Shown here: piece by piece, positions 1 through 10,560 of the stretch
How the letters are laid out: each line of letters starts with the position of its first letter
Numbering within the stretch: position 1 is the stretch's first letter
Assembly (NCBI GenBank): GCA_030295235.1
Contig: AP026129.1
Coordinates: 434,001 to 498,000, forward strand
DNA: 64,000 nt
Direction of reading: 5' to 3'
Source: Fistulifera solaris
Lineage: Eukaryota
Notes under the pieces: generated by a model
Seen by the model: only the letters and a program-made list of their open reading frames with translations
Databases searched by the model: none
What the model was told of the DNA's origin: nothing
Program-made: the position numbers and the translations under genes

Positions 1-1260
1 AATTGCGTCGAAGGGTATTGTTCCGTCCAGTCCCCGTGAGCTCCCAGCCCTTGCAGTACGAATAAAAGAGGAGACATGACAGATGCTACAATGAACTGAA
101 ATGTCGCCAGTAACAGATTCAAGTAGTTCATATTGACCGGCTGTTTGAACTGTAGAAATACGTGTTCTTTATAAAGCTGAGTGAAGACGGGGATGAGCAC
201 AGAAATGCAACCATACTATGACACACAACAAACATCGTACATACCGTGACTATAGCAGCTGGAATGCAGCTCGAGACGTATAACAAGGTATTGATAGCGG
301 TCCTTGTTGGAATCGAATCGGCGTACATGAACTCGTTGGGGTCAATCAGCGTAACAAAAGCTGGAAGGAGAGCAAACATAACGGCGAAAAACAAAATGAG
401 TGATCCCCACACATGTTCTTTGGCCAGGCCTCCATAACCCGACACGGCTGTCCTCGGGGGTAAATCCGAATCTGCGGTACACGTCTCGTTGGCAAGACTG
501 TACAAGGCACTGGTCGTTAGACTGCGTTCCGTCGACGAAGTATGACGACCATCGTCCTCATTACTTGCATTGCGGGTTCTACGGGTATCTTGATCAGACT
601 TGCGGGTGAGCGAACACAGTCCATCCGGATGACCAAATTGAGTGAGAAAAAGCCGTCAGGGGCAGTGTAAATTGTACCAAAATGACGGTCAAAGTGGGAG
701 GAACACGGTAACCGGAAACAAAAACTAAGAGTATGCAAAGCGTATCGAGGAGTGCCATGATCGCCACATCAATCAAAGGTATTCCCAACTTGATTTTCGA
801 GCTGGGTGTTTTCAAAAAATATCCTGTCATGACGATAATTCCCAGCAAGAGGGCATGGGCACCTGTGACGGCTTCTACGGTGAGAAGACGAAAGGGAGCG
901 GTTCGGTCGACTAATAGTTTAAAAGTCGATCGTTCCCCCCGCATACGAGAGGGCCAAAATGACGAACCAAAATAGGACAACGAGATGATTGCGTCGCCTT
1001 TGATCGATAGAGAGCTCCATATCGGAATCCCAAAGGTTTTCGACGTTTGCAATGATCCGTAACGAACTTTTCAGACGATTCCAGACCCAATACACGAAGG
1101 AAGATTGATTACTTTGACTTTGATTGTCATGATCCATCTCGGATTCGTCTTGCCATTGATCATCTAAGGTTTCATCGTACGATTGAGTATCATAGCCATC
1201 CGTCTCGGAGGTAGCCCCGTAATTGCGTATTCGGGTGTCCAGTTGAGAATGTTCGTTCAT
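1..1260 (-). CDS. CRT-like (chloroquine-resistance-transporter-like, DMT superfamily) membrane transporter, 3' end outside window
   Basis: ORFs 919..1266, 594..1052 and 128..505 join through 1-nt indels at homopolymers (~937 G run, ~648 T run) and a GT-AG intron ~178-245. Multiple TM helices with motifs ILVQFTLPLT and SCIPAA..LYKE. Confidence 0.65.
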
Positions 1261-1939
1261 CCTCAACAGAGTTTGTTGCAGTAGCGGTGATTCTCACAGC
1301 CCAGTACTTGTAACTACAGAAAGACTATCGTTTATCTCTTCGAGATTCGTATTACAGTTTGCTGTATTTTAGCATAGTCTTTTGACTTGTAACTAGGCAA
1401 CGACACAAGGAGAATAATATGTTTTCTCCTTTCTTGTCAACACTCGTGCGCTAGCGTTTGCTGGTGTTTTTGTTGTTGTTCTTGTTGCAGTTGACTTGCA
1501 CTGAGAATGAGAACGAGCAACGTGTGTGCGAGACCGCGATTGGATAGAGCACTTTCTAAGAGATACCGTACCATTTACTCTAGGACAGGAAGCAAATGTT
1601 GTAAGCCATTACGACAAATATTGATGTGAGAATTCTGGTTTGACAGAAAGATATTCCTCCACGCATAGCCCGCATTTCTCGTTTTCAAAGATTCACATTC
1701 ATTTGGAGTTCGGAGTCACATCTATTCCTTAGTTTTGATTACACTTTACGCTCTACAACATAGAGTAATTAGGAGGATGAACGCTGCTCTTTGTTGAGGG
1801 AAGAAAAGCAGCAGAAAGAAAAGTTTGGTGACACAGATTACTCGACTAAGAACATCGACGCTTTCGCCATGGATACAGGTACGTTTTTATTGAGTATTAA
1901 GCCTTTCTTCTCTTTTCACAACGTTCTTACAAGATTTAC

Positions 1940-3573
1940 GTGGCAGAACTGGGCTGGATGCATGCTGTTATTAGTGTCGGATTTCTCTTGCTCGTCGGTG
2001 TGCAACAATTTCATCTCCTAATCCCTCCCGATCAATCGTTACATCCACAATCATACGAACCCTGCGACGAGAAGTGCGGTTCCTTTCTCGGTCTCTTTCC
2101 CAAATACAAACTATGTCAAGAAACTACTTCTCAATCTTTATGTACAGCGTTTCCTCACTGGCATCAAAGAGATCATTTTGTATCCTGTGGTGATTGTCAG
2201 TTCGTCGAGTCATCGCCCGAATCCCATGGGGAACATGATGAAAGAGGCATTCTCGTTGATTTTCACTGGGAAGATGCTTGTTCCGATTCGCCGTATGACT
2301 ATGTGGGAACATTAATCTTTTGCGAGCAAGGAAATGGGACGTTTGGCTATCGATCATTGAATGATACGCTCCCTTGTGGCTCGTCATCACCGCTTTTACG
2401 ATTGCGCCCTGGATTGGCGTATCAGTTGCGTCTCATCAACGAGGCCAGCGAACCAACCAATTTACATCCACACGGACTGTACATTTCGGGAGAGGGAAAT
2501 GCCGATGATATTACTCGCTACGCGGGACCCGGAGAATGTTTACTTTACAATTGGACTCTTTCCGATGAACACCTGGATGGAACCTTTCTGTATCACGCGC
2601 ATCGACACAATATCACCAACCATCAAGTCAGTGGAGGAGCAATCGGAATGCTCTTTGTCGATACGGCTACTCCGCAAACCCGACCTTCGTGGGTCGACCG
2701 CGAAAAGCTTTTATTTATACAATCGTCCAAGGACGAAGATTTTGTCAACGGCATGCCCAAGCTCCATGTACCCCTAATAGCCAATACCTGGTATCGGTTC
2801 CGCATAGCCGTCGGAGATGCTCGGGGAAAACTACGCAGCCTCCGATTCGATCCAGAACAATGCGACGTTCGTCTCGTGGCTACCGATGGAGTTTGGCGCA
2901 GTCGCGGTGCGGCGGCCCCCGCTTTTCACTATGAGGTGACCGGATCGACTCGCATGGATTTGGCCGTTGCTTGTCAAGCGTCCAGTGGTATCTGGTATCG
3001 AGTGAATTCGACGGACGACGAAGAACCAATCGTTGTCATGGCCGTACACGTATCCGAAGATGTTTCGCAACTCAATAAGCTAGAAGACTGGATCCCCCTC
3101 GACCTTCTCATTTACAAAGTAGAGCAAACTTTGACATGGACGATACTTGGAACATCACCATTTCGAAGGAAACTGGAATAAATGGCTATCTATACGATCA
3201 CGAACGACCCATTGAGACTTTTGAATTTGGCCAATACCATCAATGGCGATTATACAACACGGACCGCCATCCGTTTCATCTGCACATCTATCATATGCAA
3301 ATTGTGACCCCGGGTGGATGCGGAAACATTTTTGAAGAGGGTGAATGGTACGACACAATTAGTGCCGACTCCGCTGTTACAGATCACTGTACCGTCCGAT
3401 TTCACATGAACGCCTTTTCGGGACGAACCGTTTTGCACTGTCATCAGTTGAGCCACGAAGACTTGGGTGTGATGGTGTGGACGGACGTGATTGGTGGTCC
3501 CGACAATAGTTTTCTGCAGGTGAGAAGTCAAGAAACGGCGTTCTGCGAAGTCTGTGCGCGGCCTTTACCTTAA
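1940..3573 (+). CDS. Multicopper oxidase (laccase/CueO-like) with N-terminal hydrophobic segment; start uncertain
   Basis: All four Cu-binding motifs: TNLHPHG, FLYHAH, HPFHLH, HCHQLSHEDLG. The two ORFs join via a missing C in the C run at ~3085. A possible upstream exon is linked by intron 1879-1933. Confidence 0.9.
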
Positions 3574-4100
3574 CTTATTCATAAAATTATATTTTTGAAG
3601 CGTATCTTAAGGAAGTGTCGAGTAGACGATAGACGAGCATTACCGTATGCATTGACCAGGCCACAACCTCTACTCCGAATCGGATGGCAGCCCCCTGCTA
3701 ATTGTCACGGCGATGACTTGGTAATCCGTGTGATTTAGGCAACACCTAGGGAGGAATTAATGAATCTTTCATAGGGATAGGACATAAGTACGCTAATCTC
3801 TCAATTTATTTTATTTTATTTAATCCATTCACGTTCACGACTGGTCAGCGCACGACCTTCGCCCGTCCTTTTGCGGCGATGCGATGAAAAGAAAACTTGG
3901 CGCAAATAATAATAAAAAATTAATAAATGCGCAACAACATCGCAATGGAAACTTAGGATAAACATAACTCCTTTCGCAATCAATTGTTCTTTGAAGTCCT
4001 CTTCTTTGTTTTTATTATGAATGCGATTTTCCAGCGACTAAATTACACCATTCGACAGCGCGTGACGGATACAATCTGTTGGGTGCAGCAACAACGTCAC

Positions 4101-4421
4101 ATGTCCAAGTATTTAAGCAAGGCGGCCAAGAAGCGATTAGTACTGACAACAAAACGTGCCCACAAAGGTTTCTACAAAGGAAACGGAGCTACCAAAGAAG
4201 GAAGATTGACAAGCAAAGGAAAATTTATTGTTGACCCTTTAAGGCGATTGGAGTTAGTAGTTCCGGATTTGACAGGTTTCAAGGTACGTCCCATGGCAAA
4301 CATGATGTTGTGCATCGTCTACACTCTAATTTTCTTCGGCACTTCTCAGCTAAAGCCATACATTGCCCGAAGTGTCCCTAGAGTACCTCCTGAGCAGCAG
4401 CGAAACCCGATCAGCCGCTAG
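4101..4421 (+). CDS. MRPL41: Mitochondrial ribosomal protein mL41 (MRP-L27 family)
   Basis: LTTKRAHKGFYKGNG...KGKFIVD...VVPDLTGFK|LKPY; GT-AG intron 4284-4349. Confidence 0.85.
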   Translation: MSKYLSKAAKKRLVLTTKRAHKGFYKGNGATKEGRLTSKGKFIVDPLRRLELVVPDLTGFKVRPMANMMLCIVYTLIFFGTSQLKPYIARSVPRVPPEQQRNPISR

Positions 4422-5010
4422 TTTGTCTAAAACAGACGCTACTTAGAAACAACCATTCGACGAAGAAATAAGTAATTATTAACCATTATCCTAACGCTCC
4501 AAGCTTCTAACGATTATGTTGTTCTCTAGGTCTATTACTATTTGATTGGACTTGCGGGTCGATAACATCCAGGACTGCAACAAGTTGAGTGGGAAACCGT
4601 TAGGAACCGTCAACCGTCAGTACGGGCTATCGTGGACATTGCGTTCGATTTCAAGGATCGAAGTTGTCGAGATTTCATTCCGACAATCACATCGTCAATG
4701 ACAACAAATCCGTACGCATGACGACCTTATGATGGTTTCTTGATTTATCCATGAAGCGAAATTGGGCAATCAATTATTGTATTGAAAATCAGTATTTTTG
4801 ATTTCCGGGACTGCATAAAGAGTAAGTCGGGTCGGAATCGTCATCATCATCACCACTGTGTACTCCGTAGAAGATAGTGCACACATTTGTCTGGTCGTCG
4901 GTCGTCGCTCATCGTTCCCGGCATTCGGCATCCTCCCGCCGCGCATTATTGCTTTCTTTAAAATAAAGAAAGCGCTTGAGCATCCTTGAATTTAGTGGCT
5001 TACCGACGAC

Positions 5011-5481
5011 ATGATCGCAAAGGATTACACAATGTTAGAGAAACTCAAATTAACTTTGGGAAAGGCCTTGGCTGTAAATTCAAAACCCACGGAGGAGACG
5101 TTTTCTGAGCTACCCGATGTGCTAATCTGGTTTCGTGCTGTCTTGGGTCTCGCGTATGGCTTGTTCATGGGATTGAAGGGGATTCGCAGCGGTCCAGCTT
5201 TGGTACAAGCTGTGAACCTTATTGTTTTTGTTCCCTTCATGTACTCCCGTTTCTATCTTGGTGTTGAGATGGATCATTTTGCGTCGCAAATTTATTTTTC
5301 GGGCACGTTCAATGCCCTTGCGCTGTTCTTACTTGTATGGATCTGTCTGTACACGGCGGAGCATGAAGAGGATGAAATTCGGTTAGCGTCTTTATTAGTA
5401 TCATCGAGCGTGGTCGGAGAATTAACACCGGATGCCGCCATCCCATTGTTGGAGGCAGTTGCCGAAGAGTCTGAGTTTTAA
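5011..5481 (+). CDS. Rab5-interacting protein family (RAB5IF/EMC6-like) membrane protein
   Basis: Three TM segments, DVLIWFRAVLGLAYG and ALFLLVWICLYT pattern. Confidence 0.7.
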   Translation: MIAKDYTMLEKLKLTLGKALAVNSKPTEETFSELPDVLIWFRAVLGLAYGLFMGLKGIRSGPALVQAVNLIVFVPFMYSRFYLGVEMDHFASQIYFSGTFNALALFLLVWICLYTAEHEEDEIRLASLLVSSSVVGELTPDAAIPLLEAVAEESEF

Positions 5482-6008
5482 AGGCAAGCACCGCGCCACT
5501 GATGAAGAGATTATCACGGTGTTGTGGGTTGGAGAAAACATTGAGTACCTAAAATATGCATATGACATCCTTTAATTTTGATAAACATGGGAGTAGACGT
5601 TTGTTCTCTGAGCATACCACGTCTCTTTGCAATGCTAGTAAATACAGTTACATTACCGTAATCATCATTTCAGGAAATAGGAAGTGGATGGTGAAGCTTG
5701 ACGAGTGTATTCTCTTTAAACTTTGGCGTCCTATTAGCCTAAAGTGGCTGCCCAGCAATCTGGTTTGCGATTGCGAGGATTAACGATTAACAACTCGTCA
5801 AGGGCTCAGGTACAACGGATGACAGACTGACAGAAGATACCGATTGCCATCCAACTTTTTTTCTTTTCTTGTCGTGTTGCTATTTAATGGCAATGATTAA
5901 TCGACATCGATAATATCGCTATCTCTCTTTCTTTATTATCAGAACAATCTAAAGTAGCAGAGTAGAGCCAGACCGGAGTGTACGGTTTATCAAAGGGAAG
6001 TGTTAGAA

Positions 6009-6844
6009 ATGCCGATCGAAATTAATAAGAGTGCGTTTGCGGCAGTCGACGCTCTCTTCGGCAGAGAAGAACGATCCGAAACAAAGCAACAGCAGCAAAA
6101 GCCAGTCATTGACACTTCACGAAGATTGGGAGTGGGAGCGAAGCCTACAGCAAAAAATCTTGACCCTGTCTCGAGTAAAATTCTTCAGGTCGGTCGCAAA
6201 AGGCAGCGCGAGAACGAAGGTCATGTAGAAGAAAGCTTGTTCGAAAGTGTAGCTCATGACGATAGTGACGAAGAGGATTTAGGTAGGACAGCAATCGATT
6301 CAAACAACAAAGTTGCCGCTACTTCTTCGGCTGTTATTCCTGAGTCGACAACGAAGAAGCGAAAGAATGGAAAAAAGGAGCGAGCTTCGAGCAAGGCGAA
6401 CGGAGAGCACAGATCAAAATCTGACAGTACGCAGCCAGCCAATTTCTCACAAGATACTTGTAATAGTTTGAGCCAGATTGAAGACGCGGAACAAGAACCA
6501 AAGGCCAGTACATCGTCGACAAAAGAAAGCGACGAAAGATTCGCAGTAAGCAAAAGAACATCTACAAAGATCAGCGCGAAAAGAAACCGGAGCATCTTAT
6601 TGTTGGTAGCAAGAACTACAAAGGTAGACCTCTGACAGCCGAGACGCGCGCTAAATTGAACTTGCCAGCGACCAAATCCTCCTCGAATCCAAGCTTCTCC
6701 GGGACGTGGACTGGAGAAGGGGCGCAAGCCAGCGAAGGCAAAACCGAAGAGTCTCATGCTGTCGAAAAGACTGAGCTTCGCCCATCGAAAGATTCTGTGA
6801 AGAAAGAACCGTCCTAAAAGCCCAAATTCAAGAACTTGAAATGA
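6009..6844 (+). CDS. Uncharacterised basic, probably nuclear/nucleolar protein
   Basis: ORF 6000..6635 continues after an A-run indel at ~6521 as KRKRRKIRSKQKNIYKD...GRPLTAETRAKLNL. RRLGVGA motif; 3' end approximate. Confidence 0.55.
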
Positions 6845-6871
6845 AGAATGGTAGTAAATGGAGATAGCTTT

Positions 6872-7289
6872 TTAGTCAAGCCCTGCATCGGCTTCTCTTT
6901 CGAGCCGCTCTCGCAGTAAAGCCACGATTGCTTTGTGTGTGCGGCGCTCTAGTTTTTGTAGTTTTGGAAGTATTTCTCGTTTCAGATCAGCATTGACTTT
7001 TTTTGGGCGCAGCGGCAACAATGTCCTCATGTCCGCGAATTTCCGGTAGTTCTGCTTTCGCCATTTCTAATGCTTCTTCCAGGACGCTCTTTTCCTGACT
7101 TGTTGCTTTGATCCTCTTGGAGGGAGGTTCTTCCGAAGTAATATCCAAGGTGGGATCGGATGGTGTGTAGTTGCGAAACTGAACAACTTTTGTTTCTTTA
7201 TTGCTGTCATCGCTGTTGGTCACCGATGGTTGTTTGCCTCGTCCAGCTTTTGCTGCCAGAGCAGCCAGTCGCGCTTTACGTTCTTCCAT
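6872..7289 (-). CDS. CWC18: Splicing factor Cwf18/CCDC12
   Basis: MEERKARLAAL...FRNYTP...APKK then, after an extra A at ~7000, VNADLKREILPKLQKLERRTHKAIVALLRERL. Confidence 0.85.
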
Positions 7290-7607
7290 GGTAATGGTTG
7301 ACGTAAATATTTTCGTATGATTAACAGCCCAACGGTACTTGTAAAAGAAAGGAAGAAGGAAGGAAATGAATATTACTCGGGAAAGGTTTCGACTTGCGAT
7401 ACGTGTGGTGCTCACGGCGGTGCGGCCGCAATAACGTCGTGTGGTAAACGGGTGTCGTGTAGTTTTCATGAAGACGCACCGGTTCTCATTCGCTTCATTT
7501 TTTCGAGGCTTATCTCTTTTCGCATTATTGGTGGACAGAAAAAGTCATCGGCAAAAACAACAAATGCTTCTTGATCCTGCAGAATCTTATCACCATACAT
7601 CAATCCG

Positions 7608-8477
7608 ATGAATTTGTTAACCTGGATAGCTCATGCGGAATCGAATCATCCGAAGCATTTGAGTTGGAGGCATCCTTCTGCCGTCCTCATTGTCCACTAC
7701 GGTGTGGTGTTTTCCGTCAGTATTTCCCTTCATGATTGGCTCGTCAATTCAAACCACGACGTCCTTGTTGAACCTTCAGCCGTCCCATGGAATGTGATAC
7801 TCTTTGTTCTTGGTTATGCGACTTGGCTACTTGTCTGGAGACTACTCTTTTGCGAGCCAATTGTCTTTCGTTCCTCCATACTCTACGAATACTGTTGGCT
7901 CTGCAACTTGACTCTCGTTCTCGGTGCCGCATCACTCGCTTTACGGAGGCCCGCCATAACAACAGCCTGCTGTGTTACTGTAGGTATTGATCAGTTGCTT
8001 TGGTATGTTGACTTGCTGGTGTACCTTTTATCTGGAAAATTCCCGATTGGCGTGGCCGGTTACTTGTTGTGGGAAAATACTTCCTGGTCGACTCGCATTA
8101 CGTGTACGCATCATCTGTGGACTATTCCTCTCTTTTTATGTGCTACTCGAGGACTATCGACCGTTGCTTTGCCTCTGTCTGCTATGATCATGGTGCTAAA
8201 CGTCACGCTGAGTCGCTTCATGACGCCCATCGCTATTGAAGCGATTGATGTGAAATGTAGTGAGAAAAGCAAGCCAAAGTTACTTCGCAAATATTTGAAT
8301 GTAAATCTATCTCATGCTCTCTGGAAGGATATCAAGATATCATGGCTGCAAATTAACTACGACAATCCTCCAGCGTTACTGTATTTGTGGCGACTGTTAT
8401 GGCGATGGGAGGTATTCAACGTACTCGTTTTTGGATTATTGCGTCTACTTTGCTACTTAGTATTTGGCAGATTATGA
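7608..8477 (+). CDS. Uncharacterised multi-pass membrane protein
   Basis: Intact 289-aa ORF with about 6-7 hydrophobic helices and conserved-looking WLCN, DQLLWYVD and HHLWTIP motifs. Confidence 0.75.
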   Translation: MNLLTWIAHAESNHPKHLSWRHPSAVLIVHYGVVFSVSISLHDWLVNSNHDVLVEPSAVPWNVILFVLGYATWLLVWRLLFCEPIVFRSSILYEYCWLCNLTLVLGAASLALRRPAITTACCVTVGIDQLLWYVDLLVYLLSGKFPIGVAGYLLWENTSWSTRITCTHHLWTIPLFLCATRGLSTVALPLSAMIMVLNVTLSRFMTPIAIEAIDVKCSEKSKPKLLRKYLNVNLSHALWKDIKISWLQINYDNPPALLYLWRLLWRWEVFNVLVFGLLRLLCYLVFGRL

Positions 8478-8598
8478 CAAAACAATAAACTTTATTTATA
8501 AGCAGGAACAAAATATGCCTTAATCGACCAGCTTTATTGCGATAACATTAAACCGCATCGGACGAAGTTCCAACGATCAGTTAGAATTCGGTATGCAA

Positions 8599-9406
8599 TT
8601 AACAACAATTAGGTGCCTTAGGAAGACCAGCCCCCGTGGATAGGTCAATGCCTTTCTTTTCGTCTTTGTCTGTGCCGCTCGCAACTCTTTGCCGAATCAA
8701 CTCTCCTGCCATGGTCAAGAACGCTTCCTCGACATTCTTTGCCGATTTTGCCGAAGTTTCTATGTATGGAATGCCCAATTCCGCGGCAAATTCCTGAGCC
8801 TGTTCTGTCGTCACTACTCGATCCGCTGTTCGATCGGATTTATTTCCGACCAACAATTTCACTGTACCTTCCGCAGCGTAGCGATTAACTTCTTTCAGCC
8901 AGTCATTCACATGGTCAAAAGATTCGGTACTCGTAACATCGAACACCATAATGATGCCATCTGCTCCGCGATAATAAGCAGAAGTAATGGTGCGGAAGCG
9001 CTCCTGCCCAGCCGTGTCCCAAATCTGAAGTTTTACGGTCTTCTTGTCAAGTTTTACCGTTCGGAACCGGAAGTCAACGCCGATTGTGCTAATATACGAT
9101 TCCGTGAACGCATCGTCCTACAATCAAAAAGCAAATGAGTTAAGAAGATGCACAACAAAAAAGGCTAGCCTAGGCCAGCCCTGATGTAACGATCAAAGAA
9201 CTCTATTTTCTATGCCTCAAGAAATAGCACAGGCCGCCGCGAACGAGGTAACAAACTAAAGGGTCGTCATTGTTCATTGTTGCGTAATGACTACTCACCG
9301 CAAAACGAAGTAACAAGCACGACTTTCCAACACCACTGTCACCGATCAAAACAAGCTTAAAAAGATAGTCATAATCTCGTTGTTTGGAAGTGGAACCAGG
9401 AGCCAT
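8599..9406 (-). CDS. RAB1: Rab1 small GTPase
   Basis: [47 protein letters not shown] and C-terminal CC; intron 9118-9298. Confidence 0.95.
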
Positions 9407-9503
9407 GATGAAAGATTTGCTTCGAATAGAGAGACTAATATGTTATTTTCTTTTTGTCGTATTACAATGAAATGACATGAAAGGCTTTGTTGCTTGTTGA
9501 CCC

Positions 9504-9733
9504 TACCTGGTACCAGGTACCGTACCAGTATCGCGCACCGTTGCGGAAAGTAAAAGTGAAGATGTTTTTTATTTATTAGATAAATTTTCTGTGATCTAGG
9601 GACTATAAAAATTATTGTGCCACTCCGACGTGTCATTGTTCATTGTGAGAAGAGCGTGCCCCGCTAAATCTATGAGCTAGGTATCACCGGTACCGGTACC
9701 GTACCGGTACAAGTACAAGTACCGGGTACGTAC
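9504..9733. repeat. GTAC/TACC(A/T)GGTA-rich tracts upstream of Rab1
   Basis: TACCTGGTACCAGGTACCGTACC (9504) and ACCGGTACCGGTACCGTACCGGTACAAGTACAAGTACCGGGTACGTAC (~9686-9733). Confidence 0.8.
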
Positions 9734-10560
9734 TTGCGATACATTGCCCAAATTCGCCACGACTGACTACCGCTTGAGCTACATTGATTGTTTAATCATG
9801 ACTTCATTAAAATCAACAATTACCTTTAGTTGTTTTTGTAGGACGCATCTCGATTCTTCATGATGTCGAAAAACCTTGGGGATCGCCTTGTTCTCCGTTA
9901 CCAGGTATTGCCCTTTGTGTAGGCGACCTTTTGTCACGACTGCATTTCAGTCATGGGTCATTATACGCTGGGCGTCGAGAGATTATATTGAACGTCAATG
10001 GCACGTTAATAATATAACTTTCCTTCCTCATCCTCATGATTTACCCCTCAACGTTTAAAAATATAGGGTGTCGAGCATGTCGGAATTCGTAAGAAGCTTT
10101 CAGCTATCTAATTGACAAGAGTGCAATTGACGTCGGTAACTAGGATCACAAACTGCCAACTGTTTGCAGGCTGCCCTTGGTAAACTTGTTGAATTCCAGT
10201 TGCTTATCTCTATAAGCTACTCTCGCATTATAATTCTCACTACCAACGTCGAAAACTTAATCACATCCGCTTGAGAACGGTCTGAGATTAGTGACCAAAT
10301 CCAGTTCCCTAATTCTGAAGTCGAATTCGCACTTTTTCGCCTATCACGGTCAATTATGAAGGAAAGTTTGCAGATCGCAGATGCCTTAAAAGCGAAAAGA
10401 TGCAAGGTAGGAGGAAGGTTCTTGGTCAGCTGCAAATTAGAAGCAAGCAAGCGAGGACTGGGAACGTCCAACATATAACTTAGTCCACGATCAAATGGTA
10501 TTAAAAACGGATTGTTAAATTATTAGCTACATTTGACCGTGGTACCAATAAATTTTTCGC

